Shown piece by piece: positions 7,501-16,111 of a stretch of 40,660 bases of DNA. Under the pieces are notes generated by a model. The model saw only the letters and a program-made list of their open reading frames with translations. It was not told where the DNA came from and searched no databases. The stretch is from Patescibacteria group bacterium (lineage in GTDB: Bacteria > Patescibacteriota > Minisyncoccia > Phycocordibacterales > UBA918), in the NCBI GenBank assembly GCA_015485575.1, contig WFTF01000047.1, forward strand, positions 1 to 40,660, written 5' to 3'. How positions within the stretch are numbered: position 1 is the first letter of the stretch; each line of letters starts with the position of its first letter. The position numbers and the translations under genes were made by a program.

Positions 7501-7527
7501 AACCTAGGTCATTCAATGACCTAGGTT
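7501..7527. repeat. Palindrome family B, copy 1
   Basis: AACCTAGGTCATT-C-AATGACCTAGGTT, with 13-bp perfect arms. The second copy is at 34219-34249. Confidence 0.85.
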
Positions 7528-7573
7528 GCGTCGGAGAGGGGTAGAGTAGGGTAGAAAAAGAAAAAAAGAAAAA

Positions 7574-8179
7574 ATGAAAAAACAAGTATTTTATATTCAT
7601 GGGGGAGAGGCATATCAAACGTATGACGATTTTTTGTCTGATTTACGGCAAAAACCACTACGTTCACCGCAGGGGGTTACTCCACCCTTATGGTACCAGA
7701 CACTCAGGGACGACTTGGGCGACGAGTATGAAGTATTTACTCCCCAAATGCCCAATAAGCAAAATGCACAGTATCAAGAGTGGAAAATATGGTTTGAGAG
7801 ACACTTTGCATTCCTGCGCGACAATGTGATTTTGCTGGGTTGGTCACTGGGGGGTATCTTTCTTGCGAAATATCTCTCGGAAAATGAACCGCCGTTTTAT
7901 GTGGACAAGTTGATACTGATGGCAGCACCATTTTACACCGAAGAGCTGACTGATATTTGCTGCGGTGATTTTGTGTTGGATCCGGAATCACTCGCCTTGT
8001 TGCCGCAAAAAGTGGGGCGGATTGTGTTACTGCACTCAAAAGACGATTTTGTGGTGCCGTATGAACATGCGTTGCTATACCAGCGTATTTTTATTACCGC
8101 CTCACTTTTATCGTTTGACGATAAGAATCATTTTTTACTTGAAAAGCTTCCTGAAGTGGTGAGGGTTATCACCGAGTAG
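7574..8179 (+). CDS. Alpha/beta serine hydrolase (YdeN/RBBP9-like)
   Basis: 201 aa with a GWSLGG nucleophile elbow and the size and layout of small serine hydrolases. Confidence 0.65.
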   Translation: MKKQVFYIHGGEAYQTYDDFLSDLRQKPLRSPQGVTPPLWYQTLRDDLGDEYEVFTPQMPNKQNAQYQEWKIWFERHFAFLRDNVILLGWSLGGIFLAKYLSENEPPFYVDKLILMAAPFYTEELTDICCGDFVLDPESLALLPQKVGRIVLLHSKDDFVVPYEHALLYQRIFITASLLSFDDKNHFLLEKLPEVVRVITE

Positions 8180-8305
8180 TGCTTACTGCAGGCGATGAAG
8201 CGAAGCATCGCCGCCTTTGCGCCGATTCATATTTTGTTGCCTAACTGTATTTGTCCTATGTAAGGAACGGTGAAGTTATTCGTCTTAAAGTATAATGGTT
8301 CTGTT

Positions 8306-8890
8306 ATGGTTGGTCAGCACAAGAAGGGCAACACAAAAGAGGACCATGAGGAGCGTTTTTTGAAAGCTTTTGAAGAGTATGGTGATGCTCTGTTTCGACA
8401 TGCGTTTTTGCGTTTGAGTGATCGTGAGCGAGCGATAGATATCGTACACGACACATTTGCAAAAGTGTGGACGTACGTACGACGCGGTCATCATATAGAT
8501 CAGTTTCGTCCATTTTTATATAAGGTACTCAACAATCTCATTGTTGACGAGTACCGGAAACGAAAAGAGACATCACTTGATACCCTGCTTGCCGTGGATG
8601 GTGTGGACGAAGGGTCGTTTGATGAATTGTCGGAGAGCAGTGTTGAGTCTCTTGCGGCAACGCTTGACGGGAAAAAAGCGTTTGAGTTGGTGCAGGAGTT
8701 GCCGGATACATATCGTGAGGTGGTACTGCTTCGGTTTGTGGACCAGTTGGGCCCAAAAGAGATTGCCGCACTCATTGAGGAGTCGGAAAATGTAGTGTCG
8801 GTACGTCTACACAGAGGGTTAAGGCTCTTGCGTCAGTATATTGAAACGCGAGAGAAGCGGGCGAAGCGGAAGCGTAACACAAAAACATAA
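8306..8890 (+). CDS. ECF-type sigma-70 family RNA polymerase sigma factor
   Basis: Region-2-like DIVHDTFAKVW and region-4 HTH EIAALIEESENVVSVRLHRGLRLLR. The ORF opens at GTG 8270, and the first ATG is at 8306. Confidence 0.8.
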   Translation: MVGQHKKGNTKEDHEERFLKAFEEYGDALFRHAFLRLSDRERAIDIVHDTFAKVWTYVRRGHHIDQFRPFLYKVLNNLIVDEYRKRKETSLDTLLAVDGVDEGSFDELSESSVESLAATLDGKKAFELVQELPDTYREVVLLRFVDQLGPKEIAALIEESENVVSVRLHRGLRLLRQYIETREKRAKRKRNTKT

Positions 8891-8898
8891 TTTACATA

Positions 8899-10548
8899 AT
8901 GAAGCGATTCAGCGAACAATTTAAGAAAAAGTCAGAAAGTATCCGTCTACGGGCAGCCGAGCGGGCGGATTTACGTGATCGTCTGGTATCGTACATGGAA
9001 TATCACCCGCTGCCTTCTGGTATGCGAGTTGAGCGTATATCCGGTGAGAAAAGGGGAATCTCGTCCGAGCCATTTTCAATTATTGCGTTTAACGTACGCT
9101 ATGTGAGAAATGCAGTCGGCTTGCTTGCCGCATTGCTGGTTGTTGCGATCCCCGTGGTTGCGGAGTGGTCAGTACCGGGAGATGTGCTCTATCCGATTAA
9201 GCGCAATATCAATGAAGAGCTGCGCTCAACACTCACACTTTCACCGTATGCTAAGGTGGAGTGGGAGACTAAGCGTCTTGAACGACGTATCGCCGAAGCA
9301 CGCCTTTTGGCGGAAAAGGGAGAGCTTACCCCTGAGAAAGAGGCGGAAGTGGTTGCTGCGGTAAGGGCGCATACGGATGCCGCGCAGCAAGAAATTGCAC
9401 ACCTCCGTCAAGAAGATGCGGACACTGCCGCAATCGCTGAAATTACTTTTGCCTCAGCGCTTGAGGTACAGTCCGAGGTGTTGGCGGGGGACACACAGCC
9501 GGAAACGTATGACGAAACAGGTAGCTCGGTAGATGCGCTGGTATATGTCGTACAAGAGGTGGTTGCCGATGTGAAAGAAGCGGTAGATGAAGCTACTCCT
9601 TCATATGAGAAGTTGTTGGGAGAAGTGGAGGCGGAAACGACCACTGCTTACGAATTATTTGCGTCCGTACAGTCGCAAATATCTGATGAACAGCGACAGG
9701 ATATTGAGCGGCGTCTTGCTGATATTGAGCGCAAAGTTGCGGAGGCAATTGCGCTCTATGCCGAGGAGGGGTCTATACAGGCGACAACGACAGATACAAA
9801 CAAGACAGAAACCGAGATGGACGGTTCAGACGCCACAGATGTAAATGGTGAGGAGAGCGCAACTTCTTCCAGTGAGACAACAGATGACTTTGAAGGTGAG
9901 GGGATGGTAGGTGCAACAGCGACCAAGACAATTGACGTATCAGAGGAAGTAAAACGTGATTCGCAAAAACCGATGGTGGTTAATCAGCTTCCTGTAGAAG
10001 GTGATCCAATCCGTATTTTACGCGAAGCATTGCAAGACGTGCAGAAGTTGATTCGTTTTATTACCGATCTTGAGTTACGCGAAGCTATATCCATTGATGA
10101 GCTGGTGCCGGTTACGCTTACCGATGAAGAGCGTTTGTCTTTGGCGCGAGATGACTATACTGTAGCAAGTACACTTGTAGATGAGATTGCATCCTACACG
10201 ATAGGAGAGGAATACGCAGAAAAAGTGACGCTTGGTATGCAACTGGTGCAAGAGGCACTCTCATCCGCAGACGCTGCGTTTGCCGCACAAAACGTATCTG
10301 CTGCCGAAGAGTACAGTGCACAAGCTCGTGTATTTGCACAGGATCTATCATTGTTGCTTCAAAATACACAACAAAAAGATGGGGTAACCACTCCTGAGGA
10401 AGGAATGGCAAGCAGCACACAACAAACAACAGTAGATGATGTAGCGGATGAAATACAGCAAGACATGTCTGAGGAGACGGATGCGCCACCTGATACATCT
10501 GCGCAGATGGGTACTGAATCGGCAAGTACTACACGCATGGATAATTAA
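8899..10548 (+). CDS. Membrane-anchored acidic protein, possible anti-sigma partner
   Basis: 549 aa, starting 9 nt after the sigma gene. It has one TM helix (VGLLAALLVVAIPVVA) and a long Glu/Asp/Ala/Thr-rich region. The function is inferred from position only. Confidence 0.55.
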   Translation: MKRFSEQFKKKSESIRLRAAERADLRDRLVSYMEYHPLPSGMRVERISGEKRGISSEPFSIIAFNVRYVRNAVGLLAALLVVAIPVVAEWSVPGDVLYPIKRNINEELRSTLTLSPYAKVEWETKRLERRIAEARLLAEKGELTPEKEAEVVAAVRAHTDAAQQEIAHLRQEDADTAAIAEITFASALEVQSEVLAGDTQPETYDETGSSVDALVYVVQEVVADVKEAVDEATPSYEKLLGEVEAETTTAYELFASVQSQISDEQRQDIERRLADIERKVAEAIALYAEEGSIQATTTDTNKTETEMDGSDATDVNGEESATSSSETTDDFEGEGMVGATATKTIDVSEEVKRDSQKPMVVNQLPVEGDPIRILREALQDVQKLIRFITDLELREAISIDELVPVTLTDEERLSLARDDYTVASTLVDEIASYTIGEEYAEKVTLGMQLVQEALSSADAAFAAQNVSAAEEYSAQARVFAQDLSLLLQNTQQKDGVTTPEEGMASSTQQTTVDDVADEIQQDMSEETDAPPDTSAQMGTESASTTRMDN

Positions 10549-10561
10549 GAGTACAACTAAG

Positions 10562-10587
10562 AAAAACGGCGGTTTCCGCCGTTTTTT
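10562..10587. terminator. Bidirectional rho-independent terminator
   Basis: AAAAACGGCGG-TTT-CCGCCGTTTTTT between convergent genes. Confidence 0.8.
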
Positions 10588-10600
10588 ATGCAAAAGAGAG

Positions 10601-11095
10601 CTACCATAGTTTGTACACGGGTAGAATACTCCGGGCGTCTTGTGTGGTGAGTGCGCCGCTTGTATCCAGGTATACAACCATCAAACGCCCGCTGTAGTGC
10701 AGGTGTTGTATGGCTTGGTAAATGTGCTGTTGTACAACGCGGTCTTCAATCAGTACATGTTCTTTACAGGTACAACACGATAGTTTGTTTGTGCAACGAT
10801 GACAGTGATTTTCTACCGCATGCAACTCCACCAGCTCCCGGTTGGGTCTGAGCAACACGTTTTCCAGATGACAGATTGCCTCGTGCTCCAAACAAACCAG
10901 GAGTCTATTGTACAACTCTCCATCGGGTAGGGAAGAATAGAGCCACTCCATTTCCACCATCCCAAAGAGTTGTGCGTGCAGTTTTGGTGCGCTCCTGTGT
11001 TTTTGCATCTGACGCAGGCTCCGTCTTCTTTTTTGTGCTTCCTGCGCATATTGTTCTATCGCAGCTTCTACGTCAAATAGTTTAAAGAGATCCAT
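10601..11095 (-). CDS. Hypothetical Cys/His-rich protein
   Basis: GGGAGAGG lies upstream of the ATG at 11095 (MDLFKLFD...). The protein contains a HCHRCTNKLSCCTCKEH cluster. No family recognised. Confidence 0.55.
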   Translation of the reverse strand: MDLFKLFDVEAAIEQYAQEAQKRRRSLRQMQKHRSAPKLHAQLFGMVEMEWLYSSLPDGELYNRLLVCLEHEAICHLENVLLRPNRELVELHAVENHCHRCTNKLSCCTCKEHVLIEDRVVQQHIYQAIQHLHYSGRLMVVYLDTSGALTTQDARSILPVYKLW

Positions 11096-11203
11096 CCCGC
11101 CTCTCCCTGTTGATATAGAGAACATCTATTTTGAACTGTAATATGAGTTTTATATAAATGCAAGAAATGACGATACCACGAGGGGTTATACAACAAAAGA
11201 TAG

Positions 11204-11231
11204 AAAAAACGCCGCGCATGTTTGCGCGGCG
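11204..11231 (-). terminator. Terminator of the 62-aa gene
   Basis: On the minus strand: CGCCGCGCA-AACA-TGCGCGGCG followed by TTTTTT. Confidence 0.75.
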
Positions 11232-11241
11232 CGACACGTCG

Positions 11242-11430
11242 CTACACTTGCGCGATGTGACATGGTGTTCTGTGCTCAAAGAGCGCCTCTGCGGCGAGAC
11301 GTGCCGCCTTAACGCTCGTGCGTGAGAATGTTCCTTTTCGGGTGATATATATGGTTCTTTTTTCCACCCGACGCTTTCCTTTGATGATGTATACTTGCAC
11401 CTCAAAGGTTCTCACGGTCTGCCTGCCCAT
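11242..11430 (-). CDS. Small basic hypothetical protein (62 aa)
   Basis: AAGGAGG lies 8 nt upstream of the ATG, and the gene has its own terminator. No family recognised. Confidence 0.6.
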   Translation of the reverse strand: MGRQTVRTFEVQVYIIKGKRRVEKRTIYITRKGTFSRTSVKAARLAAEALFEHRTPCHIAQV

Positions 11431-11595
11431 AAATCAAGCCTCCTTGCAATTTGAGAAAATACATGCGCGTGGACGCATGTCGTGTACAAATGTATACGTA
11501 AATGGTATTTTGTCAATATTTTTTATGGAAGTCGCAACCATTTTCTTTTTCTGAAAAAATGGTAGCATCAGTGCATTATTGAATAAGATACAAAC

Positions 11596-12702
11596 ATGGA
11601 ATCATTAAGTGCAAACGTCCTTTCCGCATTGCCGGAACTGTCAGCCACATTGCCTTTTGTGGGCACACTGAATGTCGCTCCGTACTTGGCGGCTGTCGCT
11701 ATTTTTGTCGGTCTTTCTGTTTTTTTCAAAGGCGTGCTTATGGCAGTGCTTGCACATCTGCGACATCTGTCTTCAAAAACAGCAACCGATGTGGATGACG
11801 TGGTCATTGGTGCCCTTTCTGGTGTGCGCGCATGGGTATATACGCTTGTGGCCCTGTTTGTCGCGCTGCAGTTGTTTGAGTTGCCAAAGATGGTGGACAT
11901 GGCCCTCACCGGATTGGTGTTGTTTGCCGTTGCATGGCAGGCAATTGAAGTGGCTTTATGCTTTGTAGAGTATGCGGCACGCCGTTTCTTGGAGAAGGAC
12001 GAGGACGGAGACGGAGAGGTGGATCCAAATGCGGCAACTGCCGCGCACATGGTAACGCTGGTTTCTCGCATTGCGCTGTGGGCGTTTGGCGTCATTTTTG
12101 TGTTGTCCAACCTCGGTATTGAAGTGACCTCACTGATAGCCGGATTGGGAATCGGTGGTATTGCCGTTGCATTTGCCCTGCAGGGGGTACTGTCGGACCT
12201 GTTTGCATCCTTTTCCATCTATGCTGATAAACCGTTTCGTATCGGGGACTATATTGTCATTGGTACTGATGCGGGTACTGTAGAACGTATTGGTATTAAA
12301 ACAACACGCATTCGTACGTTGCAAGGAGAGGAGCTTGTGGTGAGCAATGCTGAATTGACCACTGCGCGTGTTCAGAACTTCAAGAAAATGCAGTCACGAC
12401 GCAGTGCCGTACAGTTTGGCATCACCTACGAGACACCTCATGAAAAAGTAAAGCAGGTGAAAGGTATTGTGCAGCGTATTTTTGAGGGAATAGATGGTGC
12501 TCGTTTGGATCGTGTGCACTTCACCACCTTTGGGGACTCCGCACTTCTGTTTGATGTGGTGTTTTATGTTGATTCTCCCGAATATTCCGTTTTTCTGGAC
12601 AAACAGGAGCGGTTTAACTTTGAGCTCATGGACAAATTTGCGGAGCTGGGTATAGAGTTTGCTTATCCAACTCAAATGATCTATACCAAAACCGTTTCGT
12701 AA
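11596..12702 (+). CDS. MscS-family mechanosensitive channel
   Basis: N-terminal TM helices and a conserved core: GIGGIAVAFALQGVLSDLF...PFRIGDYIVIG...GTVERIGIKTTRIRT. Confidence 0.85.
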   Translation: MESLSANVLSALPELSATLPFVGTLNVAPYLAAVAIFVGLSVFFKGVLMAVLAHLRHLSSKTATDVDDVVIGALSGVRAWVYTLVALFVALQLFELPKMVDMALTGLVLFAVAWQAIEVALCFVEYAARRFLEKDEDGDGEVDPNAATAAHMVTLVSRIALWAFGVIFVLSNLGIEVTSLIAGLGIGGIAVAFALQGVLSDLFASFSIYADKPFRIGDYIVIGTDAGTVERIGIKTTRIRTLQGEELVVSNAELTTARVQNFKKMQSRRSAVQFGITYETPHEKVKQVKGIVQRIFEGIDGARLDRVHFTTFGDSALLFDVVFYVDSPEYSVFLDKQERFNFELMDKFAELGIEFAYPTQMIYTKTVS

Positions 12703-12717
12703 TTTCTGTAGTGTGTG

Positions 12718-12760
12718 ATGCCGAAGCAGACGTGTAAAGCACGCCTGCTTCGGCATTTTC
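12718..12760. terminator. Bidirectional terminator hairpin
   Basis: ATGCCGAAGCAG - 15 nt - CTGCTTCGGCAT TTT between the convergent mscS-like and protease genes. Confidence 0.65.
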
Positions 12761-13826
12761 ACGACTCCAAAGCACGTTCAAGCATTCGACTGAGAAAAGG
12801 AGCAATGGTCTCTTTGAATATCTTTGATCTATAGGGGAGATTACCTCCCATGTTTTGTTCCAGTGAAAACCCCGTCTCTTCTTTGATGGTGCGGTCAATA
12901 TACGAAATAGTCAGTGCGCGTAAGCTCCCTTTTCCAAATTGTGTATCATCTCCTTTGGTAGAAATGATACCGATTACGTTGCCGGAGAGATTCACCACTG
13001 GCCCTCCCGATGAGCCCTGCTCACCTATGTTTGAACCGGCAATAGTCATAAGGTCTGCGTAGTTTGAACCGAAGGTCATCAACTCAACAATGGTGGTGGT
13101 TGCTTGTTTTGGTACCAAAGCGGCATTCATATCACCTTGTTGAAACAAGGTTTCCGCCGGATAGCCGGCGGCAAGGACCTGACTGCGTAAGGTGCGTATG
13201 GACAGCAGGTCAGTATCCAGCGCGATAGCGGGGAAGTATGCCGGCATTGGTCTCCGGTTGAGTCCGGAAGTGACATATAAGAGCGCAAAGTCACGCTCGC
13301 CGGTGCCACGTGGATTTTGTGCGGCAATGAGTTGTGCATTTTTTTGTATCCATGCGGGAGAGATATACAGCAAGTCTGCTTTGTAGGTTGCAACCGCAGG
13401 ATTGCCGGTACGCACTATACAGTCCGTTGATCCTTCTACTGTTTCCAAAAGGAGAAACTGTGCCACATGAGCATTGGTCAAAATAACTCCCGTGCTACTT
13501 ATGAAAAAACCGGTACCGGTTACGGTGCGAGTATATTCATCGGTAACATAGGTACAAAAGATATTGACCAAGGCATCTATCGGCTGTTTGGCGGTGGATC
13601 CTTTTGTAAATGCGGCGGTGATGTTCGCCTGCTGGTACTGCGTGTTTTCAAGCAAGATGCGCGGAATGCTTTCATATGCCGAGGATATTTTTTGCAAAGT
13701 AGCGGCTGTGCTTTGTGTTGTGATGGATCCTTCGGGAAGCAGCATCTCAATACGGTCAGCAATGGCGTTTGTGAATGCAAGGTAGATGGTAAAAAAACCG
13801 ACAAATAACTCACCTAAAAAGTGCAT
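12759..13826 (-). CDS. Trypsin-like (S1C/HtrA-like) serine protease without PDZ
   Basis: His-region TNAHV, Asp-region DFALLYV, Ser-region GSSGGPVVN, and an N-terminal TM/signal segment. Confidence 0.8.
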   Translation of the reverse strand: MHFLGELFVGFFTIYLAFTNAIADRIEMLLPEGSITTQSTAATLQKISSAYESIPRILLENTQYQQANITAAFTKGSTAKQPIDALVNIFCTYVTDEYTRTVTGTGFFISSTGVILTNAHVAQFLLLETVEGSTDCIVRTGNPAVATYKADLLYISPAWIQKNAQLIAAQNPRGTGERDFALLYVTSGLNRRPMPAYFPAIALDTDLLSIRTLRSQVLAAGYPAETLFQQGDMNAALVPKQATTTIVELMTFGSNYADLMTIAGSNIGEQGSSGGPVVNLSGNVIGIISTKGDDTQFGKGSLRALTISYIDRTIKEETGFSLEQNMGGNLPYRSKIFKETIAPFLSRMLERALES

Positions 13827-13893
13827 GATGCGACTAGTATATCATACGCTCTATATTTTCGAACGCACCATATATGTATGGTAGGATGGTATT

Positions 13894-14565
13894 ATGACAT
13901 ATCCGGAATTAAAACAGAAAGCAATTCGCTTACGGAAAGATGGCTATTCGTATAGTATGATTTCTGAAAGACTATGTGTATCCAAAAGCACGTTACACTA
14001 CTGGTTGTCAGAAATACCCTATACAGCAAATGATGAGGTACGCCAAAGAATCGGAGAGGCGCGTGCGCGCTCGGGAGAGGTAAAACATCAGCAAAAACTT
14101 GAAACGTTTCGCCAATCGGCAAAACAGGCGAAAAAGGATATAGGTACTTTGTCGCAACGTGATTTGTTTATGCTTGGGTTGGGGATTTATATTGGAGAAG
14201 GTGAGAAAGGTGAGGTGATTGGGGTGATTAACTCTGACCCGCGTATTATTGTACTTATGATGCGGTGGTTTATGGAGGTGTGTGAGTTGAAAAAAGATAA
14301 CTTTTCAATTGCCATTCATCTATACCCCGATAACAACCAAAAACAGTGTTTGCAGTTTTGGTCTGAGGTAACCGGATTGCCACAGGCACAGTTTGGTAAA
14401 ACTCAGATTGACCGCCGGCGAAACAAAAAACAAGGAAAGCGAGGGAAGTTACCATATGGAACGGCGCATTTGCGTGTAAAGAGCAACGGACAGAAGGAGT
14501 TTGGTGTACTGTTGGCACGCAGAATTCATGCGTGGATGAAACTTGTGTTAGCGCACAAGATTTGA
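13894..14565 (+). CDS. HTH + LAGLIDADG-like protein, paralog of 2754..3422
   Basis: 223 aa with HTH-like GYSYSMISERLCVSKSTLHYWLS and LAGLIDADG-like LFMLGLGIYIGEGEKGE. The gene ends 16 nt before tRNA-Gly(UCC). Confidence 0.7.
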   Translation: MTYPELKQKAIRLRKDGYSYSMISERLCVSKSTLHYWLSEIPYTANDEVRQRIGEARARSGEVKHQQKLETFRQSAKQAKKDIGTLSQRDLFMLGLGIYIGEGEKGEVIGVINSDPRIIVLMMRWFMEVCELKKDNFSIAIHLYPDNNQKQCLQFWSEVTGLPQAQFGKTQIDRRRNKKQGKRGKLPYGTAHLRVKSNGQKEFGVLLARRIHAWMKLVLAHKI

Positions 14566-14581
14566 TATAAATGTGTGCACC

Positions 14582-14652
14582 GCGGGATTAGTTAAGTGGT
14601 ATAATGCGACGCTTCCAACGTCGAGTCAGGAGTTCGATTCCCCTATCCCGCA
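14582..14652 (+). tRNA. tRNA-Gly (anticodon UCC)
   Basis: Acceptor GCGGGAT/ATCCCGC, anticodon loop CTTCCAA, T-loop TTCGATT with one A-C mismatch in the T stem. No encoded CCA. Confidence 0.8.
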
Positions 14653-14704
14653 CAAAGGAAAACTACCGCCTTCGGGCGGATTTTTCTTTGTGCGGGATAG
14701 GGGG
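14640..14704. repeat. Inverted repeat that includes the tRNA-Gly(UCC) 3' end
   Basis: CCCCTATCCCGCACAAAG (14640-14657) pairs perfectly with CTTTGTGCGGGATAGGGG (14687-14704). An inner CCGCC-TTCG-GGCGG hairpin is followed by TTTTT. Confidence 0.8.
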
Positions 14705-14720
14705 TGCAGCGTCGCACCAC

Positions 14721-14757
14721 TTTTTTAAAAATTTAGGGGTCGGACCCCCTAAATTAA
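14721..14757. repeat. Left direct repeat of the island (palindrome A, copy 2)
   Basis: TTTTTTAAAAATTTAGGGGTCGGACCCCCTAAATTAA. The near-identical copy is at 16647-16681. Confidence 0.85.
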
Positions 14758-14840
14758 CGTCTTGTACTTTCCGGTTGTGTTTTTCTTTTCTCTATCAGTT
14801 TGAAAATTCCAACAAACTGAATTGAAATTCTCAAAAGATA

Positions 14841-14863
14841 GGACGAGCCAAATAGGCTCGTCC
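14841..14863 (-). terminator. Terminator of the 412-aa ORF
   Basis: On the minus strand: GGACGAGCC-TATTT-GGCTCGTCC followed by TATCTTTTGAG, 10 nt after the stop codon. Confidence 0.65.
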
Positions 14864-14872
14864 AATTGATAC

Positions 14873-16111
14873 TCAGGCCGCCGACTTCTGCGCGGTGTGG
14901 CATCGATAGAGTTTCATCGCCACGTTCCGAACCAGGCTGTACTCCAGATGCGGAATCAGCCACATTGCTGGAATCCACCGACGATCAGACCAGCCACGTT
15001 CCCGCAACCACGACTCGGTCCCTGCCGAGCAGTTACCGGCACGGTAGCTGTCCTCTCGGATGACCAGCGGGCAGAACCCGTGTTCGCCGTTGAGGAAGCC
15101 GACGAGGTCAGCGTGTTTCGCTACCAGTTCGTCTTGGCGTTTCCATGCGCGAAGCGCTTCACGAAGCGCTTCGCGTGGGCCACCCCAGTTGCTGTGGTAC
15201 GTCCGACCGTTGGTCGAGCGAACCAAGAACTGGAAATCGACGCCGATCTGATGGCCACGCCGACTCATCTGGGGGATGGCGATGCGGAACACCTCCGTTC
15301 CCAGCTTCACCAAGCGCGGCTCCTCCTCGCGGCGAGATTCGACTCCGTCACTCTCGTCGGCCACCTTGCACAGGTGGTAATCAACGAGCCATTCGCGCGC
15401 CTCTCGGTAGCTCCTGAAGTGGGAGTTCCCGGAGAGCGAGATCGCGGTGGCGATGACAGCGGCCTTGCCCGCCTGGTCGGTGATCATTAGGGCCTGAGCG
15501 ATGGACGCCCAGGAGGGCTTCTGCCCCTCGAAGGCACGCAGGATGGTCTCGGCGCGGTGTTTCACCTTCCAGAGTTTCCGCTCGAGCTTACCCGGCGATG
15601 GGTTACGCGCGGCGAAGTCCCACAGGTGCAGCGTGGTGCGACGAGCCCACATGCCGCGAGAAGACTGGGTCTTCTCGACTACCTTGCGGACGCCGTACAG
15701 ATCGGCAGCGGCTTTGAGCCAGCCGCAGAACCGCTGCACCTTTTTCACGACCTTCTCCGCACCTGCGCGACTGGCGTAGCGCGGGTAGCTGCCGGGCGCC
15801 ACGTTGGCGTTCACCATGTTCTCGATATTCCATGGGATGTTGGTGAACCCGGAGTCCTCGACTGCCCGGTGAACCAGATCGGAGAGGTGCGACCAGTCAA
15901 TGGTCACACCATCCCCCTGGAAATACTCCTTGTCAGTGATGGGGCACTGGAAGCGTCGAAAGGAGGAGCGTCGGACATAGCGCTCCTCGTAAACCGCCTC
16001 ATCGGCGATTTGTTTGAGGGTCATAGACCCGTCAAGGCCGTAGTCCGCGTCGGTGGCGGACATGATAAGGTGCTGGCGACGGGTGGTGTTGGTGTAAGCG
16101 TTCAGTGACAT
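14873..16111 (-). CDS. Hypothetical 412-aa protein of unrecognised family, with G/C-biased third codon positions
   Basis: It is the longest ORF in the G+C-rich segment. GAGGAGG lies about 5 nt upstream of the ATG. G/C-ending codons (CTG, GGC, CGC, ACC, AAC, ATC) are strongly preferred, unlike neighbouring genes. Confidence 0.75.
   Translation of the reverse strand: MSLNAYTNTTRRQHLIMSATDADYGLDGSMTLKQIADEAVYEERYVRRSSFRRFQCPITDKEYFQGDGVTIDWSHLSDLVHRAVEDSGFTNIPWNIENMVNANVAPGSYPRYASRAGAEKVVKKVQRFCGWLKAAADLYGVRKVVEKTQSSRGMWARRTTLHLWDFAARNPSPGKLERKLWKVKHRAETILRAFEGQKPSWASIAQALMITDQAGKAAVIATAISLSGNSHFRSYREAREWLVDYHLCKVADESDGVESRREEEPRLVKLGTEVFRIAIPQMSRRGHQIGVDFQFLVRSTNGRTYHSNWGGPREALREALRAWKRQDELVAKHADLVGFLNGEHGFCPLVIREDSYRAGNCSAGTESWLRERGWSDRRWIPAMWLIPHLEYSLVRNVAMKLYRCHTAQKSAA

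Noticed and set aside
7533-7589. A ~55-nt polypurine tract (GGAGAGGGGTAGAGTAGGGTAGAAAAAGAAAAAAAGAAAAAATGAAAAAAC) spanning the hydrolase start.
   Set aside because: It is most simply an A/G-rich RBS region and Lys-rich N-terminus. I see no evidence for a specific function.
14897-16108. Plus-strand ORFs inside the G+C-rich segment (14897..15490, 15557..16108 and several 60-90-aa ORFs).
   Set aside because: They are typical antisense shadow ORFs of a high-GC gene. They have no RBS, and they overlap the minus-strand ORF, which has the SD, the terminator and the third-position G/C bias.
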